NCBI RefSeq assembly: GCF_006345805.1
Contig: NC_043000.1
Span: forward strand, 102,486,001-102,550,000
Length of the DNA stretch: 64,000 nt
DNA from: Octopus sinensis
Lineage: Eukaryota
Direction: 5' to 3'
The notes under the pieces were generated by a model. It worked only from the letters and a program-made list of their open reading frames with translations, searched no databases and was not told the DNA's origin. Positions 1-13,249 of the stretch are shown here, one piece after another (within the stretch, counting starts at the first letter, position 1; every line of letters begins with the position of its first letter). Position numbers and translations under genes: made by a program.

Positions 1-44
1 ATATATATATCTGTAAAATAATGTGACAATTATTCAATAGCCAA

Positions 45-105
45 GATAAAACTCTGAGTTTCGGATGCCGAGGTGGAAATCCACAACACCATCTCTTCAG
101 TTATC
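45..105 (-). ncRNA. Type I hammerhead ribozyme-like motif (PLE type)
   Basis: Minus strand reads GATAA-CTGAAGA-GATG..CATC-C-GAAAC-TCAGA-GTT-TTATC. This gives the CUGANGA/GAAA core, stem I GAUAA/UUAUC, stem II GAUG/CAUC, near-palindromic stem III CUCAGAG and a GUU cleavage triplet. It lies between (AT)n tracts. Confidence 0.7.
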
Positions 106-389
106 TGACCATATGAAAAACACTATGAAAAAATAATTGCCACATATTTTACAGATAAATTTCCTCTATTTACATAATATTGAGGTCTCTTTCTGTTGTT
201 ATCTTACCGTTTTTTACCAATATATATATTTATATATATATATGGGAGAGAGAGCGAGCTTTCAAATCAACCGTGTGTGTGTCTGTGTGTGTATGTGTAT
301 GTGTAATCTTTGGATTTGTATTACACATTCAATGCTTTATTAGAAACCACACTCCTATGGTCAGGTACGAGTTTGCATGATTTATTTTC

Positions 390-810
390 CCCAAAGTTTC
401 TTACCTCAAGAACTTGGGTGATTCCTCCATGTGGCCACACAATCTGCTAGAAATAGCAACCGAGTCACCTTCAAACCACAATTTAGTGTCTCAAAAATGA
501 ACACGTTGCCTAATGTAGTTCTACACGCACTATGTCTAAAAACACGTGACATCTTTCATTATGCATCTACTGGGTGAAGTTGGCTTTGTGTTAAAGAAAA
601 ACTACATCATCCCTTGACTTGCTACAAACAGCAGTCAAATTTCCTTCAAAGAAAAACTAACCACCTTTTTTAAAAGGGAATGATGCATTGATCAATGTAG
701 TCCAAGGTACATTTTGCCTAGAAAAAGACAGGATAATCATGGCAGGAAAGTCCGTGATTTGTAGACTCAAATCGGTCAGAGATGACATGGAGTTTAGACG
801 ACAACAATAA
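390..810 (-). repeat. Old dispersed repeat (two decayed copies), family with a 'gagatttggctgctatttctagcag'-like core
   Basis: The same degenerate core recurs at about 2260, 14925, 37335, 45195, 58770, 63400 and 63870. Confidence 0.45.
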
Positions 811-2339
811 CAACGTGTAGACAAAAAGCTTCTATATCGTTGTAAAACGATCTGTCTATTGTAGTATTCAAATTTCCTTGATCAATTTCTTATGTCATAT
901 TTTTAGTGTCCAAAAAATCATTACCACAATAAAGCTGAGTTAACTACAATCGATTGGAGCAAACCTTTCGTCCGACTGCTGAAGATGTAAAACAATATCT
1001 ATTGAAAATATTATAAACCTATTTCTCTGAATTTGTGCCGCTCAATAATATATAATGGAATACGTGTTTTATCTTTCATTTATTGTTTTCTAGTTTTGGT
1101 TTACCATTCCTGTCAGATGCAAATCAGAAGGGAAAAATACAAACCGTTTGAGGAGCGGATGACAAGGGCGAGGGTTGGATTTCTTTGTTTGAGGTAGAAA
1201 ATAGAAACGATTTCCGTGAAGCAATCATAAAAAGACAACAATTACTATCTCTTATTAGCACCAAAGTAGAAAAGAAAAGAACTATAAGAAATTAATGTTA
1301 ATTTTCATCATATCTCCTGTTTCATGCAGATCTTTTAGAGAAATCACAGACAAATTATTTTCTTTTTCTTCTTTTTTTTTCAATTCCTTTTTTTCCCCTT
1401 TTTTTCTTTTTTCCTTTTTTTTTTCCTGTTTCCCCGTCTATTTTGTATATGTTAAACAATTCACCAGAGAAATGAAAGTAGATATTACGAAAATTGAGCA
1501 ATAAGTAATAGCTCCGTGATTTCTACCTCATTAAATGGAGGAAATTTGCCGCTGTCATATCAATCGGGAAAGTATTAACATATAAAGGTAATAGTTAGCT
1601 TGCAGCTATAACAGTTTAGTCTGATGGTGAAATAGATATTTCATTAAGCCAAAAATAAAAAATCTTACATGCTTCATGCAATATTCATGAAAGATCTTCT
1701 AAAGTTATTATACAAAAGAAAGAAAAAATAATAATATACAAACCTATATATGTTTCTTATACTTCAAAAACTCTAAGATTAACGAAGCATATCAGTATAT
1801 AATTTAAGATTCTGATATCATGTGCATTATCTGTTTTGTATTTCTATACCGTATTATATAGAACTGGTTGATTGCGTGATTAATATTTTTTGTTAAATCG
1901 ATATTTTTTATTAACCACTTCGAAATGGTTGACTTAGATGAAGTATTGATTAGCTATTTGTTAGGTAAAAAGATTTTTTAAAAAGACAAAGTCTAAGAAA
2001 GTAGGTGATGGTCTACGTCAGCAAAAAGTTATACTGTGACATTTGTGAGCTTAGATTTTCTTTTATGCTTGCTAAGCTCGGAGAAAGGGGCAGCGCCTGT
2101 AGCCTCCGCTGGCCCTCCTAGAGCAATTAGATCGATGGCATTAATTTTTCAACTTGACCTAGCATATGTATAATGAAAGATGTTCTGTTCTTTTTAGACA
2201 TAGTGTATGTAGTGCCATATTATGCAATGTGTTCGTTTTTGAAACGCTGAGTTGTGATTTAAAAGTGACTAGGTCACTATTTCTAACAGATTGAACGACC
2301 ACATACAGACATTTAAGTCAAACCCCAGAAAGAAAGACA

Positions 2340-2620
2340 TGAGCAGAGTAGAAATTCCAGAGTGCTGACGTTCGCGGTAAAACGAATTGGAAATAGTGAT
2401 ATGTGCGAGGTTTAGACAGAGTTGTATACTATAAGGGTGACTGGAAGAGAATATATGATTGGGTCAGAAGTGATTGGCTGGGAGCGGTCACGATCCCTGC
2501 TAGTTCTGAGGAGCGAGGTGAATTATATTCACGATAGAATAAGTTTCTATGTCCCGGAGCGTATAGGACTCTAACGTTTTGTGAGTGTCTCGACATCAGA
2601 AACAATCCAAGCAAATTTCA
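2340..2620 (-). mobile_element. Decayed LINE 3' fragment (CR1/Jockey group)
   Basis: Minus-strand peptides LFYREYNSPRSSELAGIV and PRTYHYFQFVLPRTSALWNF resemble the LFYRY..CSSELA..PRT..LWN C-terminus of CR1/Jockey-group ORF2. Confidence 0.5.
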
Positions 2621-2695
2621 TCTCTTTCACGGACCAAGCTGCAGTGTCGATACCTCAGGTATCTCCTCATCTCACGATATACAAAAATATCTAAA

Positions 2696-2850
2696 CAAGT
2701 CAGGAGCAAGCTGTGGCCCGCGAGGCTTTCTGAATGGCACACCTATCGAAAAATTACCTTTATTATTATTTTTTATTTAGTAGTGCTGCTTGTCTGATGA
2801 TGAACAACGTTTCATGCGGCCCGGTTCTCGATACAGGGTGTCCATGCCTG
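2696..2850. mobile_element. hAT/Charlie-like MITE remnant
   Basis: Internal GTGGCCCGCG and TGCGGCCCG motifs, right end gtgtccatgcctg, and ATCTAAAC on both flanks (similar to the Charlie nTCTARAn target). The left terminal inverted repeat (TIR) is degenerate. Confidence 0.4.
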
Positions 2851-3689
2851 ATCTAAACTCATGAAAATCATAAAGCGTTTCTAGTTAGAGACAACTTGTC
2901 ACTTTCCAGCAAGACTTGTATGAGTCAGAACTTAACTCTATTTATTTGTTACTCTCTTTACGGTGAGGACATTTAGAGAGATATGCTCTAGTTTAACTGA
3001 AACCTCTAATCGGCTTCAATCTCAGAACATCGCAAAAACTATGTTCTGTTGTATTTCTTCTGGCTCTCTATTTTCAGAATTCAATTCCCACCGAAACTAA
3101 TTTTGTTTTTCATCCTTCCGGATTCAATGAAATAAAGTACTAGTTAAGTACTGGTGTGGGTAGCATCAACTGAACTCTTCGTAAATTTCTGGCCTTGTGT
3201 CTAAGCTATAAATAATTATTGCAAGGGCAGCGAAATAGCAGAATCAATAGAGCCTCGGAAAAAAATGTCCTTCGACTCTACATTTTCAGTTCAAATCACG
3301 CTAAAGTCAACTTTTTTTTTCATCGTTTCGTCATCAATAAAATACCCATCAAATACCGTGATCGATGGCAATGACTAACCTCTTGCCCTTAACACTACGG
3401 GCCTTGTACTTAAATTGGAAACAATCATCATCATTAGTAATTTTGTAAACAATACCATCGTTCGTTAAAGGTTTTCAAAGGGTTAATTACTGATTAATTT
3501 CATTGGCGATGGGGTGTATCTCAGACAGAATAAATATCATCTAGGATTTTTATTTGAAATCATCGGTTTATTGATTTGGTGTTCTTGCCAATATTTACAA
3601 CACTGAAAGTTATACACGGACAGAAGAGCACAGTATAGGAAGTGGGCTCATTGTAAACGCCCCTTGTAATATTTATGTTCTGTTTACGA

Positions 3690-5200
3690 TTAGGATAATT
3701 ATCAACAAAAACCTACAGGCCTTCCTCTATAAGTACGAACCCTTTAGTAATAATTTTCGTTACCAATGTAAGTAGCTAATCTGTAGTCTTAGCGTGTTCT
3801 TTTTCCACCAGCATCAGCACCTCGCTTGATAAACTTTTTCTCCGAGACAGTAGCAACTCAATCTCATTATCCTCTATGACTTCTTCAAATCCTATATTCT
3901 TCGTAAGCGTCACAATATCTTTCTGAATTTGATGTAGACTTTTTGCTTGTGAAGAACTTGTAATGTCATGGATACAGTCTGGCCATTTATTTTTCCAAGT
4001 ACTACTCAAAGTTGAAGGTTTCACTTCATCTCATGATTCAGCTATATTATTCACACCATCCATTATGTTCAGTTTCTTCCATAAATCTCTAACTGTAGGT
4101 TTATCCTCCCTGTCAACTGCTTTCATAAGTTGCATGAAATTTTTTCTCAGATATGCCTTGAAGTTAGCGATCACAGCCTGATCCATTCGCTAAAGCAAAG
4201 AAGTAGTATTCTTGAATATATATTCTACTCTCACAATATCAGAAAGGACATCTATGTTCGCTGGGTGATGATTCGGTGCATTGTCTAAAAGAAGCAATAC
4301 TTTGTTAGAAATATGTCCAGCACTATTTTTCTGCGGCAGGACAGAAGAAAACGTTTGTCAACCAGTCTTTGAAATGGCTCTTAGTTATCCATACCTTCTT
4401 TTGGAACACCAAATCAGTAGATTAAACTTAGGGTAACCCTTGGGAACCCTTGGATTTTCGGACTGATAAACTAATAGGCGTTTTAATTTCATATTACCTG
4501 CGGTATTTCCTCCCAAAAGAAGTGTCAGATGATTTTTGGAAGCTTTAAATCCTGGTGATGATTTTTCTTCTCCACAATGCATTTCCAGAGAAGTACAGCG
4601 TCATCAACATTGTATATGTGTTCTGGTGTGTAGATCCCTTCGACAATCCTTTTCTTCAACTGCTTAGGATATTTAGTAGCAGTCTCTGTATCAGCGCTCG
4701 CAGTTCCACCAATCATTTTTGTGTTGTGAAAATCCATGCGCATTTTAAACCTTTCAAACCATGTTTTACTAGCTAAGGGGGATTTTTCATTAGAAGTTTT
4801 ACCTTCTTTTTCTGAAAATCACCATATAAACTTTTGGATCTTTTTGAATTACTATTATGTTTATCTGCACGTTACGCCGATTCTGATCTTCAGTCTATAC
4901 GCTCATAAGTTCTTCCATTTTAAGCATCATATTAGATCAACGAAAAAAAAGGTCCTGACTGTCAACGGAGTAGCTTCTTGAGCACTTGACATAATTCTCT
5001 CTCTCTCTCTCTCTCTCTCTGTTGTCACATTTTGGTCCCACTGTAGACTATGCAAGATATAATGTTTTGGCGATACAACTTAGTTTTACTTTCGCATCAA
5101 GTCTTTTTAACGCATCACGTTTTAATATCCAGTGTAATGTCTTTACGGCTCCTTTTCGCATTGTTGCTTTCAGTTCTACTTGATACCTTCTTTACAAGAT
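3690..5200 (-). mobile_element. Tigger/pogo (CENP-B-like, DDE_1) transposase pseudogene
   Basis: Broken ORFs include PGFKASKNHLTLLLGGNTAGNMKLKRLLVYQSENPR, GGTASADTETA..YP, IYNVDDAVLLWK and VLLLLDNAPNH, typical of Tigger transposases. Many stops and frameshifts. Confidence 0.85.
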
Positions 5201-5446
5201 ATCTTAAATTGAAGGCAAATCCAACAGCAGAGACGATTAATTATCCACGACAAATAAGTAGTCAAAAACAAAAATAGGACTAAGAAGGATCTGATTTGTC
5301 AGACTTGGAAATTATCTTATTTCTATTGATGCAATCATGAAAATGAAAGGGAAAGATGAATGACTGAGGAAGAGAAAGTACTATATGACTACAGTTAGCT
5401 GAAGCTTCACCAGATTTTTAGGCAATTTTCCCCTTACACTTATGAC

Positions 5447-5617
5447 TTAAGACATAAATACACACACACACACACACGCACAAACACATGCGCGCACACA
5501 CACACATACACAAATACTCATACACTGACACACACACTCGCACACACACTCAAACCATAATCTTACAACCATGAATCCATCATCTGTAACCACCGACCCA
5601 CGCATATATATATACAC

Positions 5618-5685
<68 letters not shown>
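5447..5685. repeat. (CA)n and (TA)n microsatellites
   Basis: Seen directly. Confidence 0.9.
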
Positions 5686-6005
5686 AGACCACCTTCGGTC
5701 ATTCGGTCATGGATTACTATGGGATTGAACGTAGAAAGTTAGTTCTGTGCAATGTTGTTTATGAAAGACCAGCAGCTGCCCATGCATACTAGTCTCCCCT
5801 TTCCACGCCACCGATGTTATCCAATGTAAATACAAAGGTCGATACAGCTTGCCACCTGTGACGTCGCAACTCATTTCTACAGTTGAGTGAACTGGAGCAA
5901 CGTGAAATAAAGCGTCTCGCTCAAGAATACAACACACAGCCCAGTCCGGCCATCGAATTCGCTACCATGTGATTGTGAGTCCAAGTTTCTAATCATTGAG
6001 CCATA
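5686..6005 (-). mobile_element. tRNA-headed SINE (family C)
   Basis: Minus-strand head has A-box-like TGGCTCAATGATTAG and B-box-like GAATTCGATGGCC, followed by a ttgagcgagacgctttatttcacgttgctccagttcactcaactg core. Confidence 0.7.
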
Positions 6006-6165
<160 letters not shown>

Positions 6166-7084
6166 CATATGAATCCGACAAGCCTCTGCACAATTTCCTT
6201 ACGTCTACCACGTGTCATTCGTAAACCATTTTAAGTTGAAGCCATCAGAGACACTTGTGACCGGACTTAGAACTACGCAGCGAGCTTCTTAATTCCTGGG
6301 TCATGTCGGATTGAGGCCTTTCACTTTACGTTTCACATGTCTTCCGTATTCTGCTTTGTCTCCAATGCGTTAATGTTTCCATTGCCGTACATTTCATACA
6401 ATGTAATTTTTTTTTTTCTTTCTGCGTCTCCATCGTTATTTTGGGAAACGGAAGGAGAATGGCGTTTCCTCTCACAAATCATGATGTCAATAGTTTCAAA
6501 TTAGTTGATTGATGATATTTTTGGCGTGTACAAAATTGATAACTAGAAATGCATTTCTCTTCTTCGCAAGATAGTAAAGTACTCTAAATGTAAATTGTTA
6601 CCGCAATCTTTCTTGTTGCCATTCAATAAACTGAAATGAAAAAAAAATCGAGCAATAATATTACATTTATTATAAAAATCGTATTAAATAGGTAAAGTTG
6701 GAAAATGCTACGTATGATACATAGAGTTGTTTGCGATAAATTGTTTTCCTTATTTTCCTCCCAGTGAGCTTTGGAATAATTGCTTTACTGAATTTAGCTT
6801 AGTTGCAGTAAAATAAACTAGACTTTTCAAACACTTATAGCCTTCTCTTTTTTTTTTTTTTTTCAAGTGAGTTACTTAGGAAAAAATTTCAAAATTATTG
6901 GCAAAAAGGTGGTGAATTAAGATTCCAAGTTCAAGGTTTCCCATCATCCTTTTTGAACTTGGTAACTAATTAAGGACGATAATTCTGAATTTGCTAATCA
7001 GTGTATTATTTTACGCATGTTAATGCGCGATACGCAGCCGTTTCTGCAGCCACCCACTTGACTTGAATATTACCACCATATCTA

Positions 7085-7310
7085 TTTCTTTACTACCCAC
7101 AAGGGGCTAAACACAGAGAGGACAAGCAAGGACAGACAAACGGATTAAGTCGATTATATCGACCCCAGTGTTTCACTGGTACTTAATTTATCTACCCCGA
7201 AAGGATGAAAGGCAAAGTCGACCTCAGCGGAATTTGAACTCAGAATGTAGCGGCAGACGAAATACCGCAAAGCATTTCGCCCGGCGTGCTAACGTTTCTG
7301 CCAGCTCACC
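7085..7310 (-). mobile_element. tRNA-headed SINE family A, full length
   Basis: Head gagctggcagaaacgttagc (A box) and ctgagttcaaattcc (B box), central gactttgcctttcatcctttcggg domain (MetaSINE/MESC-like, from recall), tail ..agccccttgtgggtagtaaagaaa. Confidence 0.85.
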
Positions 7311-8464
7311 GTCTCCCTCTCACGATATTCACTGGATCGGCCTAATCCTTCTTCTGAGAATGCTCATAACTGCTTGTCAGACACATTGGATTGTTCCATG
7401 CACTTCTGTTTTCTTTTTCTTCTTTTTATCTTTTGTAAGCCTGACATTTTAAAACGCTTTATCTCCAGGCGTATTTTTTTTTATTTCTATCTTCGTTTTC
7501 TGTCTTCAGTTTGTCCCAGTCTTCTTCCGTCTTCTTTTTTTTTTTTTCTTATTCTTCTATCTTCTATCTCTTCTTTTCTGTTTTCTTCCAAACTTTTAGT
7601 TTGTAATGAACCAACAAGAAAAATGGAGGAAAGTGATAATTCAAAGCTGATGAGAAAGTCGTGGACGGGCAGTAATGTGAAGAAGGATTATTTTATGCGT
7701 CGGAATTTGATTGAAATATATTTGACAACGTCCCTTCCATCAGCCTACATTATCTATTTCTTGCAACAAAACAGTCATCAATTATTGGTCAAGCTTTTAG
7801 CCATTACTGTAAAGTCTTACACTATATCGCCACGATACATACAAAGCCGCGGTAATGACGTCAGCAGAACATACAGCCTTTCACTTGAAAATGTGGTTGC
7901 AATAACTTCCCCATTTGATCAATAATTACCATACTTTTCGTCAACCTAATTATTTCAAAGGTTTCACCTGAATTTCTTTTACGATTCTACACAAAAGGGG
8001 GAGAATAATACATTCTAATAATTTAACTAATAACCCAGCGTGTCGGATTTAAAATACTAAAGGACCATTTTCGGACGAAAGAATGGAATATTATGAAAGC
8101 TTCTTCAAATTGCTGAAAAGAAGTCTTTAATTAATTCCTGTGAGTGGCGTGCACTGTAAGGCAAGCCAAATCTTCGGTCCATATTCGATTCACGGTTGAA
8201 TTAACTCTCTTCTTTTATACTACTAATGCTATTAGGAATACTCGCTGGAACTTCACAACTTGACATTTTCTCCGCCTTCTCCTCGGAACGTTGAATAGAA
8301 GAAACGATTAATTCGACCTCATTATTTCACTGATATTTATTTTAGCAGTGCTGGGTGAGTGAAAGGAAAATTAACCTCGGTGAAATATGAACTCTGGGCA
8401 TAAAGAAACTCATCTTGAAAGACATTTTGTTCGAACGCGCAGCCACTTCAGTCATAATGATTTC

Positions 8465-8645
8465 TACTTTAAGCACACGGACATAAATTTGTGAGGAACT
8501 TGACTGATACTTTATTTTATCGACCCCGAAAATATGAAAAGCAAGATTCATCGCGGCAGTATTTGAACTCAGGACGTAAAGGGACAGAATAATTACTGCA
8601 AAGTACTTTTTTGACTCTCTACCGATTCTGCTAACTCACCGCCCT
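8465..8645 (-). mobile_element. SINE family A, decayed
   Basis: Same head and central domain as 7085-7310. Confidence 0.65.
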
Positions 8646-8805
8646 CTATAGATAATAATGATGATGATAATGATGATACTTTCTTTATTGGCCACCAAGA
8701 CCGAACACAAAACATAGATGACGATATATAGACGAAGGACTGTGAGGTTAAACGTGTAAACAGCAAACAACGATTAACAAAGAGATTAAATCAACAATAT
8801 GCTTA

Positions 8806-9150
8806 AGGGCGGCGAGCTGGCAGAAACGTTAGCACGCAGGGCGAAATGCTTAGCCGTATTTCGTCTGCCGTTACGTTCTGAGTTCAAATTCCGCCGAGGT
8901 TGACTTTGCCTTTCATCCTTTCGGGGTCGATAAATTAAGTACCCCCTTGTGGGTAGTAAAGAAATAGGTATTTCGTCTGCCGCTACGCTCTGAGTTCAAA
9001 TTTCGCCGAGGTCGACTTTGCCTTTCATCCTTTCAGGGTCGATTAAATAAGTACCAGTTACGCACTGGGGTCGATGTAATCGACTTAATCCGTTTGTCTG
9101 TCCTTGTTTGCTCCCTCTATGTTTAGCCCCCTGTGGGCATAAAGAAATAA
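8806..9150 (+). mobile_element. SINE family A with internal partial duplication
   Basis: A/B-box head, central domain, short tail, then a restart at gtatttcgtctgccg followed by a complete second body and tail. Confidence 0.85.
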
Positions 9151-9329
9151 ATATGCTTCCCCAATAGAGGTGAGTTCCACCGTAAGGTGACCTAAGAGAC
9201 CTCACACACGTTGGACCCCTTAACACTAAAGTTTCCTCAGGAAAGCACCCTCTCCTCTCCCTTCCGTCCTCACGAACTTTGGACCCTTTAACACCAAAGG
9301 CTCCTCAAGAAAGCACCCTTCCATCTGTG

Positions 9330-9745
9330 TGGCAGCAAAAACGAAACAATCTCACATGTTGTGAGTGTAGCAAACTGGCCCAAAAGCACTATAAAAGGAG
9401 GCACAATAACGTGGTTACGTTTATTCACCGGAGACTGTGTGAAAAGTACGGTCTGAGCATAGCATGGAAATGAAACAAACATGAACCGGAGAGTGTCACT
9501 GAGGATAATGAATATAAGATCCTGTGGGATTTTACAATCCAATGTGACCCCCTAATCGATGATCGGAGACTAGACATAGTTGTGGTCGAGAAAAAAAATG
9601 GAAACCTGGGTCATAGATATTGCCATGCCTGGGGATGCACGCGTAGATAACAAAGACAGTAAAAATGGAAAAATACAAACTACTAAAAGATGAAATTGCA
9701 AGAATAGGAGCAATTAGGAGAGTAACTGTTATATACGTGGGCAAT
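9330..9745 (+). mobile_element. R4/Dong-type RLE retrotransposon 3' fragment 1
   Basis: CECSKLAQKHYKRRHNNV (zinc knuckle end and RHN motif) and KILWDFTIQCD..RRLDIVVVEK (restriction-like endonuclease). Confidence 0.75.
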
Positions 9746-9754
9746 AGCATCACT

Positions 9755-10860
9755 TTGGTCTGGGGCGGGAATCATAAAATGGAAAAAGAGAGAAGTGAAG
9801 AAAATGGATACCAAGACCAGAAAACTGTTGACAGTACACGGAGTCTTCCACCCTAAGAGTGACACCATAGGCTATACTTGTCCAGAAGAAAGGATGGGAG
9901 AGGTTTGATCAGTTGCCAGGATTGTAGTGAAGCAGAGGAAAACAGCTTAGAGTAGTATATAAAAAACCGCTGCTGAAACACACGAAGGCCGATGTCATCA
10001 AAACTGAAAATTGTGTAACTAAAGAAAAATTTTAATAAGAAATGAACAGAAAAAAGAAAACGTACGGTCAGTTTGCAAGAGATGTGAACGCGAAAACAGA
10101 TGCAGGAGACCGGTGATTATGGATGAAGAGTGACCTGAAAATAGAGACAGAAGCACTCATATGCGCAGCTCAGGAACAAGCGTTAAGGACCAGCTATATG
10201 AAGTGCAGAATAGACAAGACTACTGATAGCGACAAACGCAGAATGTGTGGCGAAAGTGATGAAACGGTATGGCACATCGTTAGTGAATGCCCGAAATTAG
10301 CACAACGCGAATGCAAAACACGTCATGACAATGTGGCAAGAATGATCCATTTGGAACTCTGTGGAAATTACGGCCTACAAAGAGCAAGGACATGGTATGA
10401 CCAAACACCAGAAGGAGTCCCCGAAAATGACAACTGCAAAATACTGTGGGATGCAATGATCCTGTGCGATCACCCGAGCAGACATGGGAAACCGGACATT
10501 GTTGTGGTGATTAAAAAAGAAAGAACATGCATGATAATCGACATAGCATGCCCCAGTGACAGCACGATCGATGTGAAAGAAGAAAAAATAAACAACTATG
10601 AAGATTTGAAGTGGGAAATACTAAAGTTGTGGTCAATGAAGAGAGTAGACGTTGATACCAATAGTAATTGGTGCACTTGGAAGCATCAACACTCAACTAC
10701 CAGCATGGCTGGAAAAGATTGGTGCAAGTGTGAAGGTAGAACACCTACAAAAATCAGTATTGGTTGTAACTTCAAGAATTCTTCGCAGGGTTCTTGAAGC
10801 CTGACCAGTCAACAAGTGTCTGCTGGCTGTGGACAGCTGACAATTTCCATCATACCCAGC
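9755..10860 (+). mobile_element. R4/Dong-type RLE retrotransposon 3' fragment 2 (ORF 10123-10797)
   Basis: HPKSD..RLY..GRGLIS, ETEALICAAQEQALRT, RMCGESDETVWHIVSECPKLAQ..RHDNVA and KILWD..KPDIVV..IIDIACP: CCHC knuckle plus PD-(D/E)xK endonuclease. Confidence 0.9.
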
Positions 10861-12050
10861 AAACGAAGCTCAACTCAAGGAACCTTGTGACTGCCATCAA
10901 CATATGGGCTGTTGCTTTAGTCCGCTGTAATGCACCCAACCTGAGATGGACACAAGCGGAGAGCGACCAATTCGATCGCACTACCCGAAAGACAATGACA
11001 ATGCATGGTGCCCTCCACCCTAAGGTGAATGTACATAGGCTCTATATGAAGCGCGGTATGGGTGGACGTGGGCTGATTAGCGTACGGGAGTGCCTCAACA
11101 GTGAAAGAAGAAACATGGCAGAAAATTTGGTAAACAGCAAAGAAGACCTGCTACAGGTATGCTGCTAATGCAGAAAGAGTTAACAAAAATGGACTTGAGA
11201 GCGCTAATGAATTCCGAACAAGAACAGCCAATGAGAAAGAAGAAACCCTACTCCGTATGGAATTACATGGTCAGTTCCACCGTCAAACCAACAAATTAAT
11301 AGACCATGAAGCATCATGGAGGTGGATAAAAAAGAATACTGAAAGCCTAATCATCGCGGCCCAGGACCAGGCATCGAATACCAACTCAGTGAAAAAGAAT
11401 ATATACCACACAAATGAATCGGACCTCGTCAGAATGTGTGGAAAGAGGGTCGAAAGTGTGACTCACATTGTTAGTGCTTGTGAAAGTCTTGCGGAGAAAG
11501 ATTACAAGCGTAGACACGACAAAGTAGCCCAAAACCTCTACTGGTTATTATGCCGTAAGTATGGATATAAGGTTACGGGTGCTTGGTACCAACATACACC
11601 AGAAAAGGAGGGCAAAAATCCTCTGGCACTTTGATTTCCAGACAGACAAAGTATTAGAGCACCGAAGGCCAGATATAGTAACCTTTAGGAGAGACAAACA
11701 AGAATGCCTAATAATCAATGTAGTAGTGCCAGATCAACACACACATCATGAAAGAAAGAGAAAAAGTAGATAAATATGGAAAACTGAGAATTGAGATCGC
11801 TAAGATGTGGCAGCTTCGAGAGTTATCCCTATTGTCATCGGAGCATTAGGTTCAATATCAACCAATCTAGAAAAACACTGAAAACCTTAGAAATACCCTA
11901 CAATCTAGATGTATTGCAAAAGTCGGCATAACTTGGGACTGCATGCATATTGCTCAAAGTACTGTCTGTCTCAGGTCCTTATTGTGACTTGGGAAACAGT
12001 ACAAATCCCCAGTAGACACAATATCTTCAATAAACAACCTCATAATAATT
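10861..12050 (+). mobile_element. R4/Dong-type RLE retrotransposon 3' fragment 3, ending in (TAA)n
   Basis: LNSRNLVTAINIWAV, HGALHPKVNVHRLYMKRGMGGRGLIS, ESLIIAAQDQA, RMCGKRVESVTHIVSAC..RRHDKVA and RRPDIV. TAA/CAA repeats follow. Confidence 0.9.
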
Positions 12051-12440
12051 TTAATAATAATAATGATGATAATAACAACAACAACAACAACAACAATAAT
12101 AATAATAATAACTGTTTCAAATTATAGCACAAGGCCAGCAATGTTAAGAGAGGGAGTAAGCCGATTGCATCGATCCAAGTTTTCAACTGGTGTTTATTTT
12201 ACCAACCTCGAAATGATGAAAGGTACAGTTGAACTCTTCACGATTTGATCTCAGAACGTAAAGAGCCCGAAAAAATTATTCCGGATATTTACGCATTGCG
12301 TTCAAATACTACCGAGGTCAACTTTGTCTTTCATTGTTTCGAGGTCGACAAAAACAAAGTACCAAGTCAAGTACAGGGGTCGATATAATTGACTTAACCC
12401 TCTCCCTGAAATTTGCTGTCCGTGAGCCAAAATTCGAAAC

Positions 12441-12441
<1 letters not shown>

Positions 12442-12515
<74 letters not shown>

Positions 12516-12517
12516 CA

Positions 12518-12592
<75 letters not shown>
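12442..12592. repeat. (ATT)n microsatellite
   Basis: Seen directly. Confidence 0.95.
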
Positions 12593-12593
<1 letters not shown>

Positions 12594-13171
12594 CCTCACC
12601 ATCTTCTTTCAATTCTGTTTACATTTCTTGCCGAATGTCTTTCTGACACCTAGGGCAGAGAAACGCACTGTATACATTGGTTGGCCATTAAAATAAACAC
12701 ATCAGGTTTTCATTTACAAAGTCTTGTGATAGAGGAAAGAGGGAAGAAAGGCAGAGAGAAAAAGGAAAAAATTTAAAAATTGGAAAAATAAACAAAGAAA
12801 ATAGAAAGGAAAAAATGGAAAGAAAATTTACAGTGACAATGCTTTGCTCAGTACGTGTGAGGTACCAGTTAAGAATATCTTTTGTATTTCCTGTATAGAT
12901 GTAAGCTAGGGATTATTCTTAAATAATTTTCAGTTACATTTTTGATCCTTCCAAGTGCTCCTACAATCACTGGTATTGTAACCGTCTTCAGATGTCACAT
13001 CTGTTCGATTTCGATTAACAAATGATTATATTTTCTGACCTTATCAAATTCTTTTGCCTATGTCGATCAATAAACAGAATTTATTGTTTTGGTCTTTCAC
13101 AACAATATCTGGTTTATTTGCTATGATGGTCTGGTTTGTACATACTGGAAAGTCCCAAAGAATCGTTACAT
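12593..13171 (-). mobile_element. R4/Dong-type 3' fragment 4 inserted in (TAA)n
   Basis: Minus strand encodes VTILWDFPVCTNQTIIANKPDIVVKDQNNKFCLLIDI and QEIQKIFLTGTSHVLSKALSL*. Both ends abut (ATT)n. Confidence 0.8.
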
Positions 13172-13197
13172 TTTATTATTATCATTATTATTATTAC

Positions 13198-13249
<52 letters not shown>

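Noticed and set aside
2790-2820. CTGATGA motif (similar hits at about 41281, 41393 and 56294)
   Set aside because: No properly placed GAAA, NUH or stems. Two of the hits lie in mariner coding sequence.
7374-7925. 183-aa ORF
   Set aside because: Non-ATG start, T-rich low-complexity first half and no recognisable motif.
8806-8900. tRNA-like A/B boxes here and in other SINE heads
   Set aside because: They are followed by SINE bodies and no full cloverleaf is evident, so they were not called as tRNA genes.
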